This document shows, one piece after another, positions 7,854 to 17,730 of a DNA stretch of 64,000 bases (positions are counted from its first letter, which is position 1; each line of letters starts with the position of its first letter). Location: IMG/VR virus record IMGVR_UViG_3300020045_009568, positions 7,341-71,340 of that record; one strand, written 5' to 3'. Under the pieces are notes generated by a model. The model was not told the DNA's origin and did no database searches. It saw only the letters and a list, made by a program, of their open reading frames with translations. The DNA comes from a virus (taxonomy: Duplodnaviria > Caudoviricetes). A program made the translations under genes and the position numbers.

Positions 7854-7994
7854 ATGCGTAAAATGAAAGTGATCTACAAGGATCCAAAAGAAACAGGCGA
7901 AGAAGTTGCACAGGATGCAATTGGCCCCACAGCAAGTCCGGAAGAAAATGCTGGTGGCGTTGAAGCCCCTGCAAGCGAGGCCGAACAGGCTTAA
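7854..7994 (+). CDS. 46-aa acidic micro-protein (MRKMKVIYKDPKETGEEVAQD...)
   Basis: Manual translation; A-rich leader; same strand as neighbours. Confidence 0.5.
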   Translation: MRKMKVIYKDPKETGEEVAQDAIGPTASPEENAGGVEAPASEAEQA

Positions 7995-8067
7995 GTAAAA
8001 AGGAAGGTGCCAGAATATCCCCTGGCGCCTTCTCTTAAAAGAAATTTTTAAAATCAACAATATCATT

Positions 8068-8556
8068 ATGAGCGAAAATTTAACCCACTGGAAAGCATTT
8101 TTGAATTTAGACTACATGGGAGCATACAGCCTTACTCCCGGAGAAGAAAGGGTCGTTGAGATAGTTTCGGTTGGTCGTGAAATGGTGAAAGGATCCGATG
8201 GAAAAGAAAAGGAGTGCACCGTTGCAAAACTCAAAAACGAAAAGCCATTTATCCTGAACCGCACCAACTGTAAAACCCTTACTAAAATTTACAAAACACC
8301 ATACATCGAGCAGTGGGCAGGCAAGAAGATCATTGTCTACGCAGATAAGGTAAAAGCCTTTGGTGAAGAGGTGGAAGCGTTACGCATACGCCCAACAGAA
8401 CCACAGAAGCCAGACCTCAACCCTCAATCTCCCAAGTGGCCAGGTGCAATAAAAGCCCTTAAAGAAAAGACCGTTACAATGGATGCTATTGAGGCAAGCT
8501 ATGCGCTTACAAAAGAAAATAAGAAGCTGCTGCTGGCAGAAATGATTAAAGATTAA
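8068..8556 (+). CDS. Conserved phage protein, putative ssDNA-binding/annealing factor
   Basis: THWK...DYMGAYSL...KPFILNRTNCKTL...EQWAGKKI...EALRIRP pattern; sits next to an exonuclease. Confidence 0.55.
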   Translation: MSENLTHWKAFLNLDYMGAYSLTPGEERVVEIVSVGREMVKGSDGKEKECTVAKLKNEKPFILNRTNCKTLTKIYKTPYIEQWAGKKIIVYADKVKAFGEEVEALRIRPTEPQKPDLNPQSPKWPGAIKALKEKTVTMDAIEASYALTKENKKLLLAEMIKD

Positions 8557-8581
8557 AAAACAAAACCCCCAACAATATCTT

Positions 8582-9379
8582 ATGAGTTCAATTACAGAAA
8601 ACATTGGCCGTGTAGGAGCATTCACAAGCTCAGAAGCTTACAACTTAATGACCAACGGCAAAGGACCCGGAGGTATCGGCGCAAAGGCGCTCAGTTACAT
8701 CGAAGAGAAAAATCTTGAAAGAAAATTAGGCAGAAGTGTTGACACGGACGCATACACTAAAATTTTGGCATGGGGCACTTTTCTTGAAGCAAGAGTGCTG
8801 GCATTGGTAGAATTTGGATATGAGTTAGTGAGCAATGAAACAGTAGTTCATCCTCAATATTCTTTTTGGGCCGGCAGCAAGGATCTTGTTTTACCAGGCA
8901 AAAAGATTGGCGAGATAAAATGCTACCAGCCAAAAAACTTTGCGACTTATACCGATGCATTATTGACACAGGACATTGCCACCATCCGGGAAAATTGCCC
9001 GAAGGAATATTGGCAGGCTGTTTCAAATGCAATCATCAATCAGCTTCCCGTTGCTGAATTATTCAGCTACATGCCTTATCAAAGCGAGTTGCCTGAAATC
9101 CGGGAAATGGCTGAAATGTACGATGGTGCAGACCAGTGGAAGTACCGTTTCGTATCTGAAAGCCCGGACAGCGCATTGGCTTACCTGCCAGACGGAGGTT
9201 ATTATAAAAACCTTAACAGTTTTGAATTTGAGGTGCCACAAGAGGATATCGACGCACTCACAAGTAGGATGGTTTTTTGCGCTTCTCTTCTCGTTGACCC
9301 TGCCGGCAAGCCACTTGTAAAGAAAATCGCAGCCCCCGCCAAAGCCGCCAATCCCGACGCAAACGCTTTATCCATATAA
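8582..9379 (+). CDS. YqaJ/lambda-exonuclease-like PD-(D/E)xK nuclease
   Basis: FTSSE...WGTFLE...AGSKD...GEIKCY motif order. Confidence 0.75.
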   Translation: MSSITENIGRVGAFTSSEAYNLMTNGKGPGGIGAKALSYIEEKNLERKLGRSVDTDAYTKILAWGTFLEARVLALVEFGYELVSNETVVHPQYSFWAGSKDLVLPGKKIGEIKCYQPKNFATYTDALLTQDIATIRENCPKEYWQAVSNAIINQLPVAELFSYMPYQSELPEIREMAEMYDGADQWKYRFVSESPDSALAYLPDGGYYKNLNSFEFEVPQEDIDALTSRMVFCASLLVDPAGKPLVKKIAAPAKAANPDANALSI

Positions 9380-9395
9380 CAACTAAAATTTTAAA

Positions 9396-10889
9396 ATGAA
9401 AGTCAAAGAAATTAACCTGAACAATTTTGCCAACTATAGCAAAATAAGTTTCTCTCTTAACCCTGACGTTACTTTTCTTGTGGGAAGCAATGGGGCAGGC
9501 AAATCAACCGCAGGCATTACCGGAGTGCAGGCAATCTTCCAGGGTATCGCCGAAAAGGCTACCAACGGAACGCAGCCGATCATTGGTGAAAGATTCCGTT
9601 TTATTGGAAATGCAGGGGCTACCTCTACCAATAGCATTACCCTTGTTGATGACAAAAATGGCAATGCCGAAATTGTGATCACAAGAAAGATCACCAAAAC
9701 AGGAACCGAGTTGCGTATAGACGCCCCTGAGAGTTACGGTAAATTGGATCAGGCATGGTTGAATAGCCTGTTTAACATCTTCATGGTAAACCCCAAAGCA
9801 TTCACCCAGCTATCAGGTATTGAGCAGGCAAAAGCCATTGGTATAGATACCAGTAGCATTGATGCAGAAATTGCAGACCTGAAAGACAAAGCCAAAACAA
9901 TCCGTATTGAATTGAAACAGTACGATGGATTGATGCCGGTGGAAGTAGCAGAACCGGTTGTTATTGATGTATTAAAGCAATTAAAGTGGGAAGCAGAAGA
10001 CAAGTGGAATAAAAAGTATTTGGAAAATAAAGGTACCAACCAGGTAACTCGTACAGAATGGGAGACTGCAAAAAAACAAATTGATGCAGAGGTTGAAAAG
10101 TTCAACCAAGAACAAAAAGCACTGGAATCAAAATACGGCGAATGTTTCAATGCTCGTGAAGTATTGAGTGCATGGGGTTACAAAGGAAACGAAGTGAATG
10201 AATTTATTCTTGCCATTTCAAAAGAAATGAAGCAGCCAAGGGTTGCAGCTAACGAATACCCAGCAGCACCCACCGACCTTTCTGCCCAGCCAGTAGACTA
10301 TACCCCGGCAGAAGGTGAAAAAGTTTACATCAGCGAAATGCCGGATGACAGCGAATTGAAAGCAATCGACCAGAAGATACTTGATGCCACCGAAACCAAC
10401 AGGAAGGCAATGCTATATACTCAATACCTGGAGAAAAAAGAAAAGAAGGAAGCCAAAGAAAAAGAACTGGCTGATAACCTGAAAGCGCAATCCGCAAAAG
10501 CCGACGACCGCATTAAATACATTCAGGGCTTAAAATTACCGTTCTCTAACCTTACGATCGATGAAGATGGCCAGTTGTTGCTGCAGGATAAAACACAGCA
10601 GTTTAAGCCAATTAAAGAGCCGTACTTCTCTACCGGCGAAATACTCAAAATTGTTCCCATCCTGGTTACACACAAAAACCCTGAATTGAAATATGTATTC
10701 GTACAGGGCTACCGTGACCTTGATGATAATAACTGGGCACAGGTTGAAAGTTACCTGCTGGAGAGAGGTTTTCAAATTGTGGTGGAGGTTGTTTCCAAAG
10801 AAAAGATCGCAGGCAAAAACTGCATCCTGTTACGTGACAATGCTATCGTTGATAGCTATGATGAAGAACAGGCTCCAAAACTCGTGTAA
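9396..10889 (+). CDS. SMC/SbcC-like ABC ATPase with coiled coil
   Basis: Walker A GSNGAGKS at N-terminus, long coiled coil, FSTGE signature-like motif near C-terminus. Confidence 0.8.
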   Translation: MKVKEINLNNFANYSKISFSLNPDVTFLVGSNGAGKSTAGITGVQAIFQGIAEKATNGTQPIIGERFRFIGNAGATSTNSITLVDDKNGNAEIVITRKITKTGTELRIDAPESYGKLDQAWLNSLFNIFMVNPKAFTQLSGIEQAKAIGIDTSSIDAEIADLKDKAKTIRIELKQYDGLMPVEVAEPVVIDVLKQLKWEAEDKWNKKYLENKGTNQVTRTEWETAKKQIDAEVEKFNQEQKALESKYGECFNAREVLSAWGYKGNEVNEFILAISKEMKQPRVAANEYPAAPTDLSAQPVDYTPAEGEKVYISEMPDDSELKAIDQKILDATETNRKAMLYTQYLEKKEKKEAKEKELADNLKAQSAKADDRIKYIQGLKLPFSNLTIDEDGQLLLQDKTQQFKPIKEPYFSTGEILKIVPILVTHKNPELKYVFVQGYRDLDDNNWAQVESYLLERGFQIVVEVVSKEKIAGKNCILLRDNAIVDSYDEEQAPKLV

Positions 10890-11086
10890 ATATGTCAAAG
10901 CCCCGACCCTTTCATGCTAAGGGGCTTGTTTAAAAATGCCCACAATGATAAAGTCAATCATTAGAAGGTTCTTCTGCTACTCATGCCGGCAAGGGCAGAC
11001 GATGACCTTAAAGAAAACAGATACAGTGGCCGGATGGAAGTGTACAAAATGCAAACTCATAAATAATCAACCTGTTTAAAAAATCA

Positions 11087-11374
11087 ATGATGGAAAAATA
11101 CGAATACGGAGCAATGAGCAGCAAGTTTGAGATTGCGGCCGAAAATAAACTTACCGCTTATGCGACAATCTGCCTGCATTATCAGGATAGCGCACACTTG
11201 GTTGCCATTTATTCACCAGAAAGCAGTAAAGCAGATAGCTGGATGAGTATTACCGGCCAAATTTCCGAAAGGCTCGATGAAATATTTGGCGGGCCTGGGG
11301 GCTTTGATAAATACCTGGAAGATCACATCCCTGAAATAAAACTTTGTTACAGCACTATTAAAAGACTTGTATAA
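11087..11374 (+). CDS. Hypothetical protein
   Basis: Intact ORF in the early operon; stop overlaps the next start. Confidence 0.6.
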   Translation: MMEKYEYGAMSSKFEIAAENKLTAYATICLHYQDSAHLVAIYSPESSKADSWMSITGQISERLDEIFGGPGGFDKYLEDHIPEIKLCYSTIKRLV

Positions 11375-11916
11375 TGGGTGACTTTTTTCTACGCTTACAA
11401 GCACTAAAGAATGGAACTGCAAAGCCAGATCCGCCGAAGGAAACAAAGCGCATTCCGCCAGTTTCCGCTAAGCAGAAAGAGAAGTTGAAAGCAGAGCAAC
11501 CCCAGCGTGCAGAAAAATCACAATGGTTTCTTGATCGCATTGCTGAAAGCAAGGGCAGGTGTATGGAGTGTGGCTGCAGCATCAACAAGAACAATGTAAC
11601 ATTCGCAATAATGACTGTTGCTCATGTGCTGCCAAAGCGTAAAGGTCAATTCCCTTCCGTAGCAACACATAAAGACAATTCTTTGGAGCTATGCGTTACC
11701 AATGGCTGTCACGATAGGTATGATAAAACATGGGGAGATGCAGCACAAATGAAAGTGTGGCCGCTGGCGGTAAAAAAGTTCCTAATCATCTACCCATCCA
11801 TTGCCCCGGCAGAAAGAAAGAACATCCCGGACGTTCTGATGCAAGAACTCGAGCCCCGGGCAATCATTGCAACCCATATTACAGATTTAAACACTACTTT
11901 AATTGAACCAGCATGA
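11374..11916 (+). CDS. HNH/NinG-like zinc nuclease
   Basis: CMECG...VAHVLPK...LCVTNGCHDRYD motif. Confidence 0.65.
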   Translation: MGDFFLRLQALKNGTAKPDPPKETKRIPPVSAKQKEKLKAEQPQRAEKSQWFLDRIAESKGRCMECGCSINKNNVTFAIMTVAHVLPKRKGQFPSVATHKDNSLELCVTNGCHDRYDKTWGDAAQMKVWPLAVKKFLIIYPSIAPAERKNIPDVLMQELEPRAIIATHITDLNTTLIEPA

Positions 11917-14045
11917 AACAGCGAGTAATAGACAACTTTAACGCCATTGGCAAGTTTAAAGTAACCTTCAACCCTGCCATCAAAATAAAACTTACCCCAC
12001 ATTCACAGCCCACCTGGATAGATGACATGTGCAAGGTAAATAACACCTACATGTTTACCGTAAGCAACATTAAAGATAACAGGAAGGTAAACATTGATGA
12101 TCTATCTCCCATTGAACTACAATCCCTTAATACAAGGTTGTGGAGCATGGTTGATCAACAGAAGAAAACAGCGTAACCAATCACTTAAAAAATAAAATTC
12201 TATGATTCAGTTTATGTCAGAATTGGCAGACCCAAAAGAAAGAATAATGTGTATGCAGGAGCAAGCTGCAAAAATCGAAAACACATCGTACCAAAAAACA
12301 TTAACCCCTGATGAATTAGCTGCCCGCCGTGAGGACCTGGCAGATGATTGCATCAAACTCAACACACTGGAAGATGAGTTGAAGGAAATAAAAGATGGGT
12401 ACACCGCCAAAATGAAACCATTGAAAGAGGCAAACAAAACCCGCCTTACCGAAATTAAAACCAAACAGACCACAGTTGAAGGCAACCTGTACCACATTGC
12501 TGATCACGAAAGGAGCATGATGGTCACTTACGATGTAGAAGGGTTGGAAGTAAGCAGCCGCCGTTTGCGTCCGGAAGAGAAGCTACAGGGTAATGTTTTC
12601 TCAATGGCCAAAGTAAGCTAATTATTAACCGGGGAAACCCACAATAAAAATCAAATGGAAAAGATTGAATTGAAATTAGAAGCGGGCACCAGCGAATTGA
12701 TCATTCGTGAAGGGGAAGCCCAAGCGCCGCTGCCATTAAAGGAGCCAAAGATTTTAAAACTGTCCGGCGATATTCATGCAGTGGCCACGTTTATCAAGGG
12801 TCGTGCAGCCGGGCACAGCTCACAGGCTATCGACAAAAACAGAGCAGTAGTGCTGGTGAGTAAAGACGACCGCACAATTGTATTGCAGTTGGATCCCGAA
12901 GACTTCTACGGTGCAACCGTTACTGCAAAACTGGAAGCATCCAAAGAGTTGCAGGAGTTTGGTATCAACACCACTACAAGGTATAGCCGTAAATCATTGC
13001 TTGACAAGCTGCGTTTTAGCCGGTTGTTTTTTGAAGACAAAGACCAGCATGCAAAAACACTTTTGGGCTTAACGAAACTTCGCATTAAAAGCGAAACGGA
13101 AATCCAGCAGGAGAAAGACAATCAGGGGAATAAAAGATCGCTGGTAGATGTTAAAACAGTTGATGATGGCGGGCTGGTTAAAAACTTCAACATTACCCTA
13201 CCCTTATTCAAAGGGTTTTCACCAAAAAATATTGAAGTAGAAATATGCTACGAAGTAGTAAACGCTGATGTATCATTTTGGCTGGAATCTATTGGCTTAA
13301 AAGAAGCAATGGATGGCGCTGTTGATGATATTTTCACAACAGAACTGGAAGCAGCCGAAGGCTTTGTGATCATCAACCAGTAAAATTATCCCTGAGAAAA
13401 GCCCTTGATAGCCGGACATGTGAGTTCCGGCACATTTTAACCTCTATACCATGCAAGAAGATGACCAGCAATACATTACCAGGCCGTCAGCTGGAGAACG
13501 ACCAGTAAGACCAGCACCATCCGAAAAAACCATTGCCGATACACTGGCATTAATTCCTGATGCAACCATCGCTGATCTAACAGATGCAAAAAGAAAGTTT
13601 CAGGTAGAGAGTGAAGATTACCTGGATATCCTGCAGCGGGAGAAAATGTTAGAGGATCGGTATAAAGCCAAAAGAAAGAACAAGATTAAATATTTGATAC
13701 ATGAAACTTTCAACTAACGATAACCTGGTACTTGCGCTAACCAAAAACAATGAAGCAAAAAAGCTTTTTGAATATGTGCGTCATGAAGTAGGTGGCGATA
13801 TTAAGCATTTTATCAACCGCTTAATATCTCGCTGCGAAGCCAATGAAATGGATGTTATCAACCGGATGACCTGCGATAAAAACAGGGAGTTATTCATCAA
13901 AGAAATCCGCAAGGGCGACACATTGCAATTTACCTATATCATGCAACAGATTTTTGAAATGAGCCAGGATAAAAGGGATATGGTTGAGCAGATTGTAAAC
14001 TCCATTCATAAGGGAGAAAAAATTGAAATGGTAGAAGCTGCATAA
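11913..14045 (+). CDS. Five co-oriented hypothetical phage proteins
   Basis: ORFs 11913-12176, 12202-12621, 12655-13383, 13451-13717, 13701-14045; tightly packed with A-rich leaders. Confidence 0.7.
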
Positions 14046-14065
14046 AATCAAAACACAAAACCCCA

Positions 14066-14677
14066 ATGCACCTATACTACGCCGATACCATAGCCAATAG
14101 CCTTAAAGATTCACTGGAGCCTTACTGTGATGTAATAAACATTGCTGGCAGTATTCGCCGCAGGTGTACGGAAGTGAAGGATATAGAGCTTGTGGCCATT
14201 CCTAAGCGGGAAATTCAGGAGGAAACAAACCTCTTTAGTGAAGTGATAGGCCAAAAGGTGATCATTCACCATGAGTTTGAAAAAATCATCCGTGGCGCAG
14301 GAAAAGTGCTCATGGGGAAATTTACCGGCAAATACATGAAGATTGAAATAAAACATGTGATCAACCAGGTGGAGTGTACAATTAACCTTGACTTGTTTAT
14401 GCCGCAGCCCCACGATTACTGGCGCATCTACGCAATTCGCACAGGCTCTTCTGACTACTCTCACAGGTACATAGCTGCAGCGTGGGTTAAAAAAGGATGG
14501 GTTGGTACTACTGATGGGTTGCGCCTCAAAAAAGAATGTTACGAAACAGCAGAAAGAAAATGGGCTGTAAAAACCGATATACATAACCCTACGGCGCCGC
14601 CCTGGTGGCAGTCAGAAAAGGAATTTTTTCAATGGCTTGGTCAACAGTGGTTGCAGCCGGAACACAGGAATTTGTAA
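14066..14677 (+). CDS. Minimal DNA polymerase X / pol-beta-like nucleotidyltransferase
   Basis: IAGSIRR...VKDIELVAIP, LDLF and RTGS motifs; lacks the N-terminal lyase/fingers and PHP domains. Confidence 0.8.
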   Translation: MHLYYADTIANSLKDSLEPYCDVINIAGSIRRRCTEVKDIELVAIPKREIQEETNLFSEVIGQKVIIHHEFEKIIRGAGKVLMGKFTGKYMKIEIKHVINQVECTINLDLFMPQPHDYWRIYAIRTGSSDYSHRYIAAAWVKKGWVGTTDGLRLKKECYETAERKWAVKTDIHNPTAPPWWQSEKEFFQWLGQQWLQPEHRNL

Positions 14678-14687
14678 ATTTTACACT

Positions 14688-15527
14688 ATGATTATTAGTC
14701 GAAATTCTCAATTAGCACTAATGATGTTAGATAATTCAGCCATACTGGAATATCTAGAAGATCACAAGGCTTTATTGAAAAAAGAGGTAGCCGTGATTGA
14801 TAGTGGAATAAGAGATATTGTAAATGACAGTCCAGCAGAAGAATTGGCATACCCGCACACGGATGGAGATTCACTATTTAAGGAAATATGCAGCAAATTA
14901 GGCTACAACCCCAATTTAAAGGGTAGTGAATTTTATACTATAAAACACCCAAACCCAATTATGTACCTTATACAACCCAGCGTTCATAAGTGTGCAGAAA
15001 TGATAAAGATTGCCGATAATTTCTCTTGCTCAATTTTTAAAACTATAAAGGATGGGTCACATTATTATCTATTAGGCAAAAACGAGTTTTTTCAATTTGT
15101 AAAATTTAACGGTGTAATTCGAGGTTCATTTTGGAATAGAGAACGGCATGTTGCTTTTGAGGTGGGCTTTCATCTTAATAAAGACAGATATTATTTCCCT
15201 TATATAGAAACATCAGAGTTTAATAGGATAGTCAGATTAATGACTTTTATTGAGCTGGGTGATATAGAGACAGTTTTTATTCAATCCGGCCACAGTAATA
15301 ATAAAACCAAAAAAGAAGGGAAGATTACCAATACCTCTGATTATAGCGTTTTTGTAGTTGATTCAAGCTGGAATAAATTATCTATTCGTACTGATGGCTT
15401 TGCAGTAATGGGCCACTTTAGATTGCAGCCATGCGGTTCATGGCACCTTGATAGAAAACTAATATGGATAGACGCCTTTGAAAAGCACGGATACAAAAGA
15501 TCCCCACGGGCTTCTATTGCGAAATAA
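14688..15527 (+). CDS. Hypothetical protein (279 aa)
   Basis: ATG at 14688 within track ORF 14637..15527. Confidence 0.65.
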   Translation: MIISRNSQLALMMLDNSAILEYLEDHKALLKKEVAVIDSGIRDIVNDSPAEELAYPHTDGDSLFKEICSKLGYNPNLKGSEFYTIKHPNPIMYLIQPSVHKCAEMIKIADNFSCSIFKTIKDGSHYYLLGKNEFFQFVKFNGVIRGSFWNRERHVAFEVGFHLNKDRYYFPYIETSEFNRIVRLMTFIELGDIETVFIQSGHSNNKTKKEGKITNTSDYSVFVVDSSWNKLSIRTDGFAVMGHFRLQPCGSWHLDRKLIWIDAFEKHGYKRSPRASIAK

Positions 15528-15575
15528 AAAGTATTGTAAATATCCTATCAAAAAACAAAAAATCCTCTTAATAGA

Positions 15576-16409
15576 ATGGCCAAAAGATTTACTGATACCG
15601 AAATGTGGGATAAGGAATGGTTTATGGCATTATCCCCAAAAATTAAATGCCTGGTGAAGTATGTTAGAGATAAATGCGACATAGCAGGTATATGGTCGCC
15701 CAATTTTACCCTTGCTTCTTTGTGCGTTGGAGAGGCTGTTACGGAGGCTGATTTATTACAAATTGACGGCGGCGAGCAGTTTGTAAAAATCGACGGCGGC
15801 AAAATTTATTGCCTTGGTTTTGTCAGCTTTCAATATGGCGAAAAATTGAATCCGGCCAGCCCGGTACATAAAAAAATTTTAGCAATTCTTGACAAAAATA
15901 ATATCCCAAATAGGGTATTGAATAGGGTATGTAATACCCTTAAGGAAGAAGAAGAAGAAAAAGAAGTGGATAAGGAAGAAGAAAAAGAACAGGGGGTGCA
16001 GGGGGGTAATCACGAGCCTCAACCCGAAATGCCAATGGGTTTTTTAATGGACCGCAAATTTCGGGAGATCAACACAAAGTACCCACAACGACCAAGTAAG
16101 GATATGCCGGCAATCACAGAATGGGCAGAGTTTATCAATGAGCAAAGTGGCAGTAAAAACAAGATTGCATTTTTCACCCCTGATGAACGAACGGCAGTAA
16201 TGGACTTTTGGGTAAAGATGGCAGAATGGTACCGTGATACTGGAGAGACAAACGACCTGGATTATTTACAAAAATTCAAACTTCAAAAAATTTATACCGA
16301 AATACAGCATGGAACAAAAAAAATCACTCCAAACTATTCAAAAACCGCCGGAATTGACCACGCAATCAATAGTTATCTACAGGCAGCGAATGGCAGCGGA
16401 GATTCCTGA
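15576..16409 (+). CDS. Phage replication initiator (lambda O-like organisation)
   Basis: MAKRFTDTEMW N-terminus, acidic EEEEKE linker and internal iteron-like repeats. Confidence 0.65.
   Translation: MAKRFTDTEMWDKEWFMALSPKIKCLVKYVRDKCDIAGIWSPNFTLASLCVGEAVTEADLLQIDGGEQFVKIDGGKIYCLGFVSFQYGEKLNPASPVHKKILAILDKNNIPNRVLNRVCNTLKEEEEEKEVDKEEEKEQGVQGGNHEPQPEMPMGFLMDRKFREINTKYPQRPSKDMPAITEWAEFINEQSGSKNKIAFFTPDERTAVMDFWVKMAEWYRDTGETNDLDYLQKFKLQKIYTEIQHGTKKITPNYSKTAGIDHAINSYLQAANGSGDS
15909..15940. repeat. Iteron-like repeats (putative origin)
   Basis: aatagggtat twice in tandem plus inverted ataccct, followed by a purine-rich tract. Confidence 0.55.
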
Positions 16410-17253
16410 TTTTGACGAAACAGATTTTAAGGCCTTACAGGCTATGTGTGCAGGTAAAAGCTTTGGCTCAATGACCAAGCCGGAGATAGAAAGCGGCATT
16501 GATATTTTACTGGCTAAAATTGGCGTAATCACAGGCGTTGAAATACCAGCAAACATAAACGTCTATAAGCTTTTAAAGCATGAGATTGGCAATAGCATTT
16601 TAACCACAAAGAGGTATGCCGTTTTAACGCTTAATGAATTCGAGCAGGCCTTTTTGATGACAGCAAACGGGGATCTTGGAGAGATTAAAGACTGGGGAAA
16701 ATCATTAAACCTTAAATTTTTCTTTGATATCGTCAATAAGTACTGCAGTTACAAGGCTGCGTTTATTTATAAGTTTTTAGAATGGCAGGATAACACAAAA
16801 CGAAAACTGTTACTCCCAGCCGCTGCAAAGGTTGAAAATAACTACGAGCTCACTGAATCCGCTTACCAGGAATTCTTAACAGGCAAATACAACCCTCTTT
16901 CCTGGTACTACAGATGCTATGATGATCTTGTAAAATGCGGATGGGTTGAGCCTGAGTTTTATCAAAAAATGACAAAAAAAGCAAGGAGTGTTTTGATAAA
17001 GGAAAAACACCTGGAGATAATGTCACTTGAAAAAAAATCAGGATTGTCAAAAAAGGATCACATGCCTGTAAATATCGGCAAGTACATGCAGGCTATTAAT
17101 GGACTGACAGATATCAGGAATGAAAAAGAGGCTAAAAAAATTGAAATAATATCTAAGCAGCTGGCCATGGAGGCGTATTTTAAGCACTCCGCAATTGGAG
17201 GGGAAGAAAATCTATTTGTGCCGGCACCAACAGAAAACAATAACGCATGCTAA
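16390..17253 (+). CDS. Hypothetical replication-associated protein
   Basis: Follows and overlaps the initiator; ATG at 16390 preferred. Confidence 0.55.
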   Translation: MAAEIPDFDETDFKALQAMCAGKSFGSMTKPEIESGIDILLAKIGVITGVEIPANINVYKLLKHEIGNSILTTKRYAVLTLNEFEQAFLMTANGDLGEIKDWGKSLNLKFFFDIVNKYCSYKAAFIYKFLEWQDNTKRKLLLPAAAKVENNYELTESAYQEFLTGKYNPLSWYYRCYDDLVKCGWVEPEFYQKMTKKARSVLIKEKHLEIMSLEKKSGLSKKDHMPVNIGKYMQAINGLTDIRNEKEAKKIEIISKQLAMEAYFKHSAIGGEENLFVPAPTENNNAC

Positions 17254-17690
17254 AACACACCCACCAATACATCATCGGTATCGACACAGGAGTAAACACT
17301 GGTATTTGCGTCTACTCCCGCAAAGAAAAAAAGATACTCTACCTGGCAACAGTAAAAATACATTCAGTCATGGAGTATGTGGCCAGTCTTTGTAAAACTT
17401 ATCCGGGCCTTGTTTACGTTCGGGTAGAGGATGCAAGGCTCAGGAAGTGGATCCCATATCAAAAAACAGAAAGGGCGGAGCGTGGCAGGAGAGAAGGTGC
17501 AGGATCAGTAAAAAGGGATGCTGGTATTTGGGAGGATTTTTTAACAGACCTGAAAATTGATTTTCAAATGGTGGCGCCAAAAGACAATAAGACCAAAGTT
17601 GATGCAGTCTACTTTAAAAAATTAACAAAGTGGGAGGGTAAAACAAACAACCACATGAGGGATGCCGGATTTTTAGCTTACGGATTTTGA
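17247..17690 (+). CDS. RuvC-like Holliday junction resolvase (RNase H fold)
   Basis: IIGIDTGVNTGICVY...VRVED...NHMRDAG acidic triad pattern. Confidence 0.75.
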   Translation: MLKHTHQYIIGIDTGVNTGICVYSRKEKKILYLATVKIHSVMEYVASLCKTYPGLVYVRVEDARLRKWIPYQKTERAERGRREGAGSVKRDAGIWEDFLTDLKIDFQMVAPKDNKTKVDAVYFKKLTKWEGKTNNHMRDAGFLAYGF

Positions 17691-17730
17691 TATTTATCAA
17701 AGAAATCTAAACCAATTAAAATAAGCTACG

